Shown here piece by piece: positions 25,150 through 39,145 of a stretch of DNA of 64,000 nt. Each line of letters opens with the position of its first letter. The stretch's first letter is position 1. The stretch is taken from contig OZ024740.1 in the NCBI GenBank assembly GCA_964016885.1, positions 382,788,001-382,852,000 of the forward strand, given 5' to 3'. The DNA is from Eledone cirrhosa (taxonomy: Eukaryota). The notes below the pieces were generated by a model. That model saw nothing but the letters and a program-made list of their open reading frames with translations, was not told the DNA's origin and made no database searches. Both the position numbers and the translations under genes were made by a program.

Positions 25150-25505
25150 AATACCAGAGCTAACTCTCTCTGGTAGTGTCTAGCAGAAGCGACGGGGACA
25201 ATCGTTGATGCATTTCGGAATTAACTGGTCCTCATCATGACGATTCCTCCCACACTTGTGACTGGTGGACTTAAAAACAGTCGAGAATACATAGTTTTCT
25301 CGTCTGTGTAAATGAGGGGATTAATCTGATGTGCATATAAAGCTGCATAAGTTGTCTCAACATATAATAGAATAGAATTAGGACTGTTTTCAAGTCCAAG
25401 AGTGGGAGGGATCGTCTTGATGAGGAGCAGTTAAGTCAGAAATGCATCGGCGATTGTCTCCCTTGCTTCTGCTGGACACTACCTGAGGGCGTTAGCACCA
25501 GTATT
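25150..25505. repeat. Imperfect fold-back (~130-bp arms) with a degenerate hammerhead motif in each arm
   Basis: 25150-25283 is approximately the reverse complement of 25381-25505. Cores are at 25201-25244 (-) and 25411-25454 (+). Confidence 0.8.
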
Positions 25506-25520
25506 TTTGCACAGCTACGC

Positions 25521-25627
<107 letters not shown>

Positions 25628-25700
25628 TTAGAACACTGGAAGGTAATATCCGTAGTGGTAGAGCACTCAGTCCGTGGGACGAGTTAGATAGAAGTGGTTA

Positions 25701-25820
25701 CACAACAGTTGCATCACCATACCGAGAACAATTGTTTCACGTTAGCAGATCCTCAGCTCGATCTGAGGAGGATCCGCTAACGTGAATCAATTGTTCTCAG
25801 TATGGTGAACTAACTGTTGT
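25701..25820. repeat. Fold-back hairpin (~50-bp arms) between (TA)n tracts
   Basis: CAGTTGCATCACCATACCGAGAACAATTGTTTCACGTTAGCAGATCCTC pairs with GAGGATCCGCTAACGTGAATCAATTGTTCTCAGTATGGTGAACTAACTG. Confidence 0.85.
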
Positions 25821-25856
25821 GTAACCTCTTCTATATATATATATATATATATATAT

Positions 25857-25945
<89 letters not shown>

Positions 25946-26764
25946 ATATATATATATGTTATACTTTGGGAGGGTCATATTCCCAATAAAAACACGCACT
26001 TCAATTTATTATAAATTTCCAGTTGGTTGGTTGATTGGTTGGTTCGATACCCAGATGGTTGTTTATATATTGTCAACATTCTTTCTTCACACATTCTGTG
26101 ACCTCCTCAGGGACTATTTTTTTAAATTTTGTATGCCTCTCCTTTTTTGAGGTTTGTGTCTGCTGATGTCACTCTTAATACGTAATAATTTTCATTCATC
26201 ATGTGCAATTCAGTGATTGCGGGAAACTATATGCAAGAGAAATTCTTGAATGATTATCAGGCCTGAGAAAGGATACGGCATATTATCTAATGAGGGTCAG
26301 ATAGTTGTCAAAGAAATAATTTCATGTCATTCAGTTTCTTTTTATTCCATTGATTTTTATGTAATATCCATTTTGTGTTATAAATGTATTTGTAAAGCGC
26401 TAGCAATTTTAGTGGACTTGAATATTTCCAATAAACGAATAGGTAGGACGCATTTGTGGCCAGGTTAATAAATATCTGATATATTCCTCTAATTTCAAAA
26501 ACGAATAACCAAATTACTTACAACAGGAAGGCAAATTTTAATTCCATTTGTTCGAAACAAATTTTAGCTATACCCATTAATATTCTTATATTCTGGTCTT
26601 ATTATGCGTAGAGGCCAGTGTCCCTGACATATAAATGTATGTCTCAAGTTGAAAATGAATGAAATCGACTTTGTTGACGAATTCTAATGCTACGAATACG
26701 CACATACACACACACATGCACTAGCACTTACATAAAGCACGTGAGTACATACACATACGCGCGC

Positions 26765-26826
<62 letters not shown>

Positions 26827-27134
26827 TATACACATACAATGACTAATGTTTCTTTTCTGTTACTGTTTTAGGTAAGTACAGCTCACATTAAATTTGAATA
26901 CCGGCATTCTGTTTTTTATTGAGGTAAGTGATATTTACTTTGGAAATATATTTATTACCAACAGATGTATTCCTATTTTGCGTAATGTAATTTAGTATTG
27001 ATTGGGTATTTAATTATCTTTCGAATAGAAGTATATAAAGGCTTTCACACACACATACACACATATTCACAGACATACACACCCACTCTCAGACGCACGC
27101 CGACATATTATTTTTATATATCTATCTATCTATA

Positions 27135-27194
<60 letters not shown>

Positions 27195-27195
<1 letters not shown>

Positions 27196-27316
27196 TAAAA
27201 TAACAGATTAACGTTTAAGGAAAGAATCGGTGCTTTCACCCTTAACGGGATCTTCTGAAGATCCCATTAAGTGTGAAAGCAGCGATTCTTTGCTTAAACT
27301 TTAATCTGTTATTTTA
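27195..27316. repeat. Near-perfect palindrome centred on a CTGAAGA hammerhead-like core
   Basis: TAAAATAACAGATTAA...GGGATCTTC|TGAAGATCCC...TTAATCTGTTATTTTA. Confidence 0.85.
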
Positions 27317-27419
27317 ATAAATATTTGGTCTACGGTTCTTATATATTTTATATATATTTATTCTAATCGAGCTCTCTATGGATTTTAGTCTTCAAATTTA
27401 TTATTATTACTATATATAT

Positions 27420-27501
<82 letters not shown>

Positions 27502-27574
27502 GTTATTCCGGGTTGAATCGGAGGTAACCACAGTAAGTAAGGTACTCAATACATTGCAGAGTATAAAAGTTTTA

Positions 27575-27649
27575 ATATAGATGAGATTCTACAGGACTAG
27601 AACTGTTTCATTCTTTAGAAATCATCAGTTCTAGTCCTGTAGAATCTCA

Positions 27650-27656
<7 letters not shown>
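27575..27656. repeat. Perfect ~31-bp hairpin whose loop holds a minus-strand CTGATGA-stem II-GAAAC core
   Basis: Arms at 27575-27605 and 27626-27656. A related piece is at 37887-37960. Confidence 0.85.
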
Positions 27657-28902
<1,246 letters not shown>

Positions 28903-29288
28903 TGATCCCGAGAATCTACGGCATCCCAAGTAATCCTTTTACGGAATTACCTTTACGACTCACCCCACACTATATAGTACTCTATATAGTACTCCCTCTC
29001 TCTTGAGTTTTTCTATATGTATGGTGAATTATTATTTATCTGTTGCTTTCGTTTGCCTCTCTTACTTCTTCCTTGTTTCTTTTTCACCTCCTCCTTTTTT
29101 TCTCTCCCCTCTATTTCTCTGTTTTTTCTTTACCTCCGTTTCTTCTTTCTCTCCGTCTTTTTTCTAACTGTGCTTAACACTATAACCAAATAATTATAAA
29201 CAAATCACTACCCAGACAGCTTCTTAATTTAATGGTCGCTTATAATATGGTACGTCAAAATTATTTATAAAACTGTTTATATATTGTA

Positions 29289-29350
29289 TTTTATCTGACG
29301 AAGGTATGCCATATTTTTAATATGGTATCCCTGAAATATGTATAATGAAA
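29289..29350 (+). ncRNA. Minimal type I hammerhead ribozyme (Penelope pLTR-type)
   Basis: TTTTAT-CTGACGA-[AGGTATGCCATATT-TTT-AATATGGTATCCCT]-GAAA-TATGTA-TA-ATGAAA. Stem I is 6 bp, stem II ~13 bp, stem III palindromic. AATAAA follows. Confidence 0.7.
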
Positions 29351-29467
29351 TAAATATGGTTTTATAAATACAGTTTCCATTTGTTTAATATGGTATATAT
29401 AATCCAAAAACTTTATCAGTTATAAAATATTTATTTGTTGTAACCCAACAATTTTAAATAAAACCTT

Positions 29468-29516
<49 letters not shown>

Positions 29517-30107
29517 AAGTTAGTCCTCATCAGCGGCCTTCCAACCGTCGTAGGCATTTTGTCGCATTAAAGGCCATATTACTCAGGTTGGTGCGAGCAA
29601 CGGCTAAAAAAAGTCGTTGGGACACGTAAATAAAGGGGACGCTAGGGTAAACAAATAAAATGGTTTAAGCAGCAGAAAGTGATGAAGAAGGAAACAAGTC
29701 CCAGATTTCTATGAATATAAATTCGGTCGAATCGTGAACGAGAGAATAAAGACCATCAAACCTGGTTGAAATGTGAGCAAGGAAGGAATTTCGCACAGGT
29801 CTAACGGGAGGAAGAAGGGGTCGGGTCTGCGAATTCGGTAAATATAAGTTCTGTGAAGTCGCAGACGAGAGAGAGAGAAACAAAATTCATACCGGCGTGG
29901 CAAAGTGCCCGCGAGAAAAGGATTACGGACAGGTCAAACGGGAAGAAAGGGGAGGAGGAGAGGTAGTGACAGAGAGTGAGTGAGTGAAAGGTGAGGAAGA
30001 GGCTAACAGAGAGAGAGAGACTGCTAGAAAAAGTAAAGACACAAAGAACGAAACATACTGGTGGCAGCGGAGGAAAAAAAAAAAATATATATATATATAT
30101 ACATAAC

Positions 30108-30294
30108 GGCGGTGGATTGGCAGTATCAGTAGAGGGTAGGACGCCATGCTTTCCACCATAGTTACGTCCCTTTACGATCTGAGTTCAAATCCCGCCGAGG
30201 TTGACGTTGCCTTTTATCCTTACGGGGTCGATAAAATAAAGTACCAGTAATGCACTGGGTATTTGCTGGCCTTGTGCCTAAAGTAGAGACAATT
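30108..30294 (+). mobile_element. tRNA-derived SINE, full-length, between (TA)n runs
   Basis: Same A and B boxes and same 3' tail as the 21646 copy. Confidence 0.88.
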
Positions 30295-30589
30295 ACTATA
30301 TATATATATATATAGGGACGTAAATAAGAGGAGAAAAGTAGACCCTCATCAGCTGTTTACTGCAGTTTGTTTACTTCGTTTTTTTTCTCTTTCCCTTTGT
30401 TTCTTTCTTCCTCTCTCTTCACTATCATTTCTTTCCCTCATGAACATTTGATGGACAAAAGGCCTCGGACGCGCTGCCAATCGATGTTCTGTTTTAAGCG
30501 CCGAAACATCTATGGTCCGTAGTAAACGGCTGACGTCCCTATTAACATCTTACACTTTGTTTACAGTAATCAGGCAGCCTGCCTCTTTA

Positions 30590-30644
<55 letters not shown>

Positions 30645-30671
30645 ATTTAAAGAGGCAGGCTGCGTGATTAC

Positions 30672-31485
30672 TGATTTCTCCGGCGCAGAACAGGAGAGTT
30701 AAGGCGAAAAAGATATCAGATGCTGAATAAGCTGACGACATAGTTTTGGTGACAAATACAGTGAAGGAGGCAGGGGATTTGATGCAGGAGGTTGAGACTG
30801 TGTCGATGAGTGTGGGGCTGAGAGTGAATGAGACTAAAACAAAATATATGGTAGAAAATGTTGAGAAGCCAGAGGGGATCATTAATGTAGGCGGGAGGCC
30901 GCTAGAGTTGGTTGAGGACTTTCTGTATTTGGGAGCAAACATTGGGAACACGGAAGATGATGTGGTTGAGAGGAAGAGCAAAGCCTGTGCGGCGTGCCAC
31001 AGCTTGAGATCTGTGTGGAAGTCGGACATTCGTGAAGACCTGAAAGTGAGCCTCTTCATTGCTGCAGTGGAGTCTGTGCTGCTGTACGGGTCTGAGACTT
31101 GTACACTGACCAAGAAACTCACTCAGATGGTGGATGGCTGCTACACGAGAATGCTGAGGATTGCTCTGAACATTAATCATTATTCACTGAGGATGAAAAA
31201 CTCAGAGCTGTATGGGAGTCTCCCAAAAGTCAGCTCAAAACTGACACAGAGCAGACTGAGGTTAGCTGGACATGCTCACCGACATCCAGAGTTGACATTG
31301 CACTCAGTGCTCCTGTGGGAGCCCCTACGTGGACACACTGGAAGAGGAAGACCAAGGTTAACCTATGTTGATGCCCTAAGGACAGACACATTTCTGTTGG
31401 AGATACAGGACATGGCAGCGATAAAGACGGACAGAGACCGCTGGAGAGAACTCGTCCATGGATCTCGGTAATTTTACCCGGCCTA

Positions 31486-31488
<3 letters not shown>
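30672..31488 (+). mobile_element. RTE-clade LINE 3' fragment (RT C-terminus)
   Basis: SDAE*ADDIVL (YADD with a stop), GLRVNETKTKYM, FLYLG, VLLYGSET, GCYTRMLRIALNI, RLRLAGH, LLWEP..GRGRP..TYVD..DRDRWR. Ends in (TA)n. Confidence 0.85.
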
Positions 31489-31686
<198 letters not shown>

Positions 31687-31853
31687 CAAACTATTAACAA
31701 ATGAAGATATTTACATAATCAAAATATATGCTTTATTATATATATTGAGAAGGTACTGTGTTGTTTTTTCAGTACGCCCTCGTCAGATAAAATATATGAT
31801 TTGATATATGACATACCTCTACGGTCTTGATATTTCAATTCCAGTATTGACAG

Positions 31854-31897
<44 letters not shown>

Positions 31898-31898
31898 G

Positions 31899-31940
<42 letters not shown>

Positions 31941-31955
31941 TAAACACACACACAC

Positions 31956-32023
<68 letters not shown>

Positions 32024-32170
32024 GCTAAAATACTGGAGCGTGTTGGAGTTAAACACCCTCTTCGTATTATAGAAATGACAGTAAAAGGTATAGCTCAATG
32101 TAGTTAAACAGAGCCGAAGAATTAAGAAAGTAAAACAAAGAAGCCTTCAATACATCAAAAGTCTTTATTA

Positions 32171-32208
32171 GCCGACAATGTTTCGTCCTAGTAAGGACTC
32201 ATCAGGGC
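32171..32208 (-). ncRNA. Minimal type I hammerhead ribozyme with a canonical core, within a ~340-bp element (32020-32360) between (TA)n tracts
   Basis: Minus strand reads GCC-CTGATGA-GTCCT-TACT-AGGAC-GAAA-CATTG-TC-GGC, then TAATAAA. All conserved core positions and the GUC cleavage triplet are present. Confidence 0.82.
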
Positions 32209-32363
32209 AATTAAAACAACAAGAAGTATTATCGCCCAATACAAGCCGGAAACTCCGAAGAATATGGAGTGTACATACACTAAAGTATTGCAAGATTATG
32301 GGTAAAAATATATAATAAAAATAATAAAAATATATAATAAAAATTACTAAGGAGGTGTATAAC

Positions 32364-32394
<31 letters not shown>

Positions 32395-33955
32395 TTATTA
32401 AAATAACAGATTAAAGTTTAAGCAAAGAATCGCTGCTTTCACCCTTAACGGGATCTTCAATTTTATTATTATTACTATATATATATATATTTATATATTT
32501 ATATACATATATATATATATAGATATATACATATATATATACATATCTACCAACACCCCAATCTCCAGAGCGTGAAATTAATAAACATTCGTTGCACTGC
32601 CTCTCTGTTTTGTCCCTGTTCAAATTTTTCCATTATATATATATATATATATATATATGGAGAAGTTTATGAAACGGAAATGCGGGTATAAAGAATTTAT
32701 TAGGTAACCATACTTTCTTCGGATTTTAAAACACACTTTATTATACGTTGAGCAATCTCCGACGTCGGTTGACTCCATCCAATGCGACTACTTAGTAACA
32801 TTGGAATACAAATTGACTAATTATATATATATATATATAAATATATATATATAATGTGTAAATGCATGCATTTACGTATGTGTCTGTATACGGACGTGTT
32901 TGAGTAAACATCACAACGATTCTCGTGATATTAATCGAAAATTAAAAGGAAATTTTGTTTCATATTGCTCATTTTATTAAGAGATGGGTTGGTTGATATT
33001 CTATGAAGAGTTTATATGTGATATCATGCTTTTTATATCAGTTAAATCCATATATTGTTCGATAGCATGTAATGATAAACGCTGTAGCCCAATGCCACAG
33101 GGAATGAAGCACACTTATTGCATTAGTAATGTATTACAAGCACGTATGCATATGTATATATGATAACGTTACAAATAGTGCTGCAATACTTCAAAACCTT
33201 TCATGTTTCAGAGCAGTTTAGTTGTTCAAAAAATTCAGTGTGCATTGAAACAACTAACTTGAACTAAAACTTAGATCAATATATAGATAAATAGAACAGT
33301 TTTGTCAGTAGACACCATCTAGGATAACATAATTACACAGCTCTATGATACATGCGAAGACAAATAGATGAATGCGGATGTATCCAAATCTATGGATTCA
33401 TTCTCAAAACTAAGTACAGGACGAGAAAGGACGTTGCACACATATCATGACTTGAGTTTTGCGTGAAGAAAGTGATTCAGCAGATGAGAAATTTTAAAAC
33501 AATTGAAATAAAGATTATTGGAAAAATGTTTACCATCATGCCAGGAATTCTGAAAATGTCAACACAAAAGCCTTTGAGCCGTATTACCTGGTCCAAGTTA
33601 GAAAACACTAGCGGTCATAATTTATAGAGATACTTCAATAGGAGGAATGGTGGAGGGCAGAGGGATATGAGTATCTAATCCAAATTAGACTAAATAATTT
33701 TTTTGTTTGAATAATGTTTGGTTATTCACTAATCTATTATTTATTTCTCTGTATTTACTCTATTCTCCTTAGCTAATTATGTGTCTTATATCTACACTTA
33801 CACACACACTCACATTCATATCAATGTCGCTTATTTGTCAAAAGGTTACAAAAACGAGTTGGCTAGACACTATTATATAAAACGTTGGGAGCAACAAAAA
33901 TTAAATAACACACACACAAACAGACTCACACGTACATATATACACATATACACAA

Positions 33956-34018
<63 letters not shown>

Positions 34019-34025
<7 letters not shown>

Positions 34026-35244
34026 ATGAATATAGAATGAGAGTGCTTTTTTTTAAAAAAGGAATTTATTAGGTATTGACATATGTTTCTGTAACAGACG
34101 GAATACCTCTCTATCGCTGCTTGCGTAATCATATAATGTTAGCAAGTATTCGATAGCAAATGTATAATCAGTTGTCACTTCTTCAGAGATATTGGATAAA
34201 TTGGAAAAAATCAGAAAAGTTGAAGTATTTATATTAGTTGTAATAAAGGAAGAAGAGAGGGGATAGTATATGACAGAAGGCAATTCTATTTACTGGTAAA
34301 CAAGTATATAAAGGGTTTCTAATGAGAATACAATGAGTATATGGTTTATTTTATCTAAATAAGAATTTTTGGGAGTGCCTATTTTAATCTATACTTGACC
34401 AATTGAACAATGGACAGGGCTGGTCGTTTGGTGTAGTAGTATTAATTATAAAGTGTCAATTAAGGAAGAGGGAGATTTTTCACTGCTACTGAATAACAAC
34501 AATGCTGGTAGCCTGCTGGTATATGCATTAGGGAATTGAATTAAGAAATCTCATTTTATCCATAGCAGTTTATATTAAATGGTAAAGAATAGAAGAGTTG
34601 ATAGAATTAAGACTAATAGAGAATGTTAATATGTATATTGACAATCAAACGGAGATGGAGACAGGCGTTCAATCCTGGTAGTGTTTGTAATATGAAAATG
34701 TAGATTTCAAGCGATGATTACAGTATAACGATCGCTCTATTCTGTTATTTAATAAAATATTTCTAGGGATGGATTTAATTATAGATGGTGGAGATCCTTG
34801 AATTTTCCTTGTAGTCTGTGGGTGATATAAATTCCAACAAGATCAGTTACTACCGCCGAATCATTGGAACCCATAGTAATATCAAAATTAGAAGGTCTAT
34901 CTTTGCGAACCCAGTAGCTCTCATCAAATTTAACAATAGTTTTCCTCGCTTCCATAATAATATTAATTTCAGCATCCGTACGGTCGGAATTAGCCTTCGT
35001 GAACGAAAGAGCTTCCTGTAGAGTATCAGGTGAAATTGAGGAATAATATTCATCAATATCGAACTGAATAAATTTTGAATTTTTTCTTATCAGTAATGCT
35101 ATTAAACCATCTTATTGCCTCATGGGTGTTACCCCATAATTTAATATCTACTTTAGCCTTATCTTGGGGGATAATTCTGTCTAGTATATATTTGCTAATT
35201 TTGCCTATATCAGATTTAGAGGGGCATATAAGTCTAATTTTAGG
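34019..35244 (-). mobile_element. Inverted, internally deleted arm of the adjacent Penelope-like element
   Basis: 34019-34760 is the reverse complement of ~36990-37730; 34757-34786 of ~36020-36050; 34789-35244 of ~35412-35781, plus an extra ~84 bp. Confidence 0.92.
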
Positions 35245-37835
35245 AATTGCATAAAAAATACAAGAAAACTAATGAAGCTACACTTAAAAACATCAACAAC
35301 TCGGCATGTGAAATTGTTAAAAGACTTTGTATTGACGATAGAACGCAACCCTTAACACCTCCTACACCATCCTTCAACCTGAAGGACCACAAGGTAAACT
35401 TCGATACTGACCCTAAAATTAGACTTATATGCCCCTCTAAATCTGATATAGGCAATAAGATGGTTTAATAGCATTACTGATAAGAACAAATCAAAATTTA
35501 TTCAGTTCGATGTTGATGAATATTATTCCTCAATTTCACCTGATACTCTACAGGAAGCTCTTTCGTTCACTAAGGCTAATTCCGCCCTTACGGATGCTGA
35601 AATTAATATTATTGTGGAAGCGAGGAAAACTATTGTTAAATTTGATGATAGCTACTGGGTTCGCAAAGATAGACCTTCTAATTTTGATATTACTATGGGT
35701 TCCAATGATTCGGCGGAAGTAACTGATCTTGTGGGAATTTATATCACCCACAGACTACAAGGAAAATTCAAGGATCTCCACGGAGGAATCTACCGTGACG
35801 ATGCGCTCCTATTAATTAAGCATATAAATAACCAGAATTTAGAAAGGATGCATAAAAATATCAGAAAGCTTTTTAAGGAACTAGGATTAAATATTACATT
35901 TGAATATAACCTCAAAGAGGTTAATTTCCTTGATGTTACTCTGAATCTCAATACAGAAATGATTAAACCGTTCCATAAACTAAATGAGAACCTTAAATAT
36001 GTAAATACGAGTTCTAACCTCTATAATTAAATCCATCCCTAGAAATATTTCCTTTAGAATCTCCCGCCTATCGTCCAACCAGCAAACCTTCAAAGAACAT
36101 GCCGAATATTATGATGATGCACTTAGGAAGGCAGGACATCTAGATAATATAGAGTATATAGTTGACGATCACCAAAACACCCAAAATAAATCTCATAGAG
36201 GTAGAAATAGCAGAGAATCACCACCATACATACACTACCGCAATAGACACACTAATAGTCGCACACCACCAATAGACACACTAATAGTCGCACACCACCA
36301 AACAGAAGGCGATGTAAAGAATATATATGGTACAACCCGGTCTATAACAACTCTATTAAAACCAATCTACCCTCACAATTCTATCGATTAGTTAAAAAAC
36401 ACTTTCCAACATCACATAAATATAATAAAATCTTAAACCCTAACACTATTTGACTTTCATATTCAACCGCCCCTAATATTGAACAACATATAAACAAGCT
36501 TAACGCAAAACGGTTGTATAAACGCCTTCCAACACATAACAATACACGTAAAACATCAGCTATAACATCACAAAACAACAAACAACATCCCGTCCTACCT
36601 AAGCAACCTCATCAACCCATCCATGCCAATACAACAACGCAAAATTATAACTGTAACTGTGTCCAACCAGGAATGTGTCCGTTGAACAATCAGTGTCTTG
36701 AACGCAACATCATATACAAATGTACTATCGAATCGGATAGCCAGAAGTGGCACTATGTGGGGTCTACAGCCACCTCCTTCAAATCTCGCCTTTATAGACA
36801 TCGTTACTCGATAAAACATGAAAACCAGCGTTATGTAACAGCACTCGCAGACAAGGCTTGGCAGCTGCGCGAAAATAACCAACAATTTAACCTAAAATGG
36901 GATATAACAGCGGTGCCCCTCCATAATCCCACGGACAGGAATTTTGTAAATTGTGTATTATGGAATTATTTTGTATTATGAAATCAAACAATATTTTATT
37001 AAATAACAGAATAGAACGATCGTTATACTGTAATCATCGCTTGAAATCTACATTTTCATATTACAAACGCTACCAGGATTGAACGCCTGTCCCCATCTCC
37101 GTTTGATTGTCAAAATACATATTAACATTCTCTATTAGTCTTAATTCTATCAACTCTTCTATTCTTTACCATTTAATATAAACTGCTATAGATAAAATGA
37201 GATTTCTTAATTCAATTCCCTAATGCATATACCAGAAGGCTACAAGCATTGTTGTTATTCAGTAGCAGTGAAAAATCTCCCTCTTCCTTAATTGACACTT
37301 TATAATTAATACTACTACACCAAACGACCAGCCCTGTCCATTGTTCAATTGGTCAAGTATAGATTAAAATAAGCACTCCCAAAAATTCTTATTTAGATAA
37401 AATAAACCATATACTCATTGTATTCTCATTAGAAACCCTTTATATACTTGTTTACCAGTAAATAGAATTGTCATCTGTCATATACTATCTCCTCTCTTCT
37501 TCCTTTATTACAACTAATATAAATACTTCAACTTTTCTGATTTTTTCCAATTTATCCAATATCTCCGAAGAAGTGACAACTGATTATACATTTGCTATCG
37601 AATACTTGCTAACATTATATGATTACGCAAGCAGCGATAGAGAGGTATTCCGTCTGTTACAGAAACATATGTCAATACCTAATAAATTCCTTTTTTAAAA
37701 AAAAGCACTTTCATTTGATATTCATCTTTTCTACATTTTCTCTGGAATATAATTTATACTCGTTGAGCAAACCTACACGTACGCTGTTCATCTTTAACGT
37801 GACGATACATTATCACTACATTATTTATAACCTGA

Positions 37836-37840
<5 letters not shown>
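35243..37840 (+). mobile_element. Penelope-like element (Naiad-type RT + GIY-YIG), 5'-truncated and disrupted; coding remnant to ~37082, then a 3' pLTR region
   Basis: NLKDHKVNF..RLICPSKSDIG; FDITMGSNDSAEVTDLVG; GGIYRDDAL; VNFLDVTLNL; IWYNPVY; LSYS; CNCVQPGMCPLNNQCL..IIY..YVGST..FKSR; CKLC; LNNR.E..CNH. Confidence 0.92.
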
Positions 37841-37887
<47 letters not shown>

Positions 37888-37955
37888 CGTTATTCCGGGT
37901 TGAATCGGAGGTAACCACATTCTAAAGAATGAAACAGTTCTAGTCCTGTAGAATC

Positions 37956-38041
<86 letters not shown>

Positions 38042-38439
38042 CACCAGATTACTCGATACTTAGCCTAGTAGTGTGGGTAATAGGAAAAGAGCCCGGGGCC
38101 CGAAGACTGAGCTCCGGCCGTTTGCCAGCTAGATCCGAATAGTGCGCTGAATAAAGGCAATGCACAATAAGGATGAATGCTACGGAAGACCACCCAAACA
38201 GGTGCCTCCCCGACCACATGACACAAACATACAGTAGACAGTGAAACGCTCAAGCATGGAAACACTGGTGCTAGTCAGGATCCCCCTAACGTCGGAGACC
38301 AGACACCATATAGGAATATCACCACGCAGTGGGAGAGCAGCCGTGATGGAGGCAGGGGTGATGGGGTGGGATCTTTAATTCTCCAACAGCTTCATGCGAT
38401 GCCAGCTAAAACATCTAGCAGCCGAACGAAGCATAGTAG

Positions 38440-39145
38440 TTTCACCTGCTACGATCCACCACATTCCGTGTTACTTCAGACATGGCCAGTTTAATTTTAG
38501 GGCGCTAGATTGATGCTTCCCAAAGACTCATACATACCATAAGATTATCAATAGGCACACGGTGAACTTGTCGTACTCCATCACGCGGCATTAGGCCAGA
38601 ATATAACTAGCCTGAATAATAATATTCTAAGAACTTTTCGACAGGTGCCGACTACATGTAGAGGAACCCAATATAATCCAGTCGGGGATAACAATGAGCC
38701 TTGCACTGCTTCTGCGAACCCTCACAGCAGAAACCCTGTTCTGTCCCCTTTTCAAGAAATGCATGGTGACAAATCTAATGTTTCAGTTCAACTACTCCTA
38801 ACCCGACGTATAGATACATAGGAGCATCGCCGACGAGATTTTTAAAAAATCCTTGTTATAATCACCACCACCCCTTTAATAGGATCGATGTACGTAAAGG
38901 AACGGCGCATTCCAAACTTTCTCGAAGCATAACTTGGACACGGTTCGTTGCTCTATAGTTTGGTTCATGGTTCGGGTGGTACCCGCAGACAGAGGCTACT
39001 CAGACATTTACAGCCCCTCTCTGAGTGAGATACTTGAGGTACCCAGAGGGCGAACGCAAATAATTAATGGACGGGCTGAATTCTTTGGGGCTTATCTACA
39101 CCAAAGGCCGGGGACTTTCCTTAAGCTATATGGTTAGTAACACTG
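38440..39145 (+). pseudogene. Heavily decayed Penelope-like GIY-YIG region, related to the 17.5-20 kb element
   Basis: RALD*CFPKTHTYHKIINRHTVNLSYSITR matches RALDKCFPRDHRYHKIFHRHTVKLSYSSTR. The 3' end GGCCGGGGACTTTCCTTAAGCTATATGGTTAGTAAC matches the stop region of the 17.8 kb copy. Confidence 0.7.

Noticed and set aside
26850-26930. Small host exon (pyrimidine tract-AG...GAG|GTAAGT)
   Set aside because: Splice-like signals only, with no recognisable peptide or partner exons. RNA-seq would be needed.
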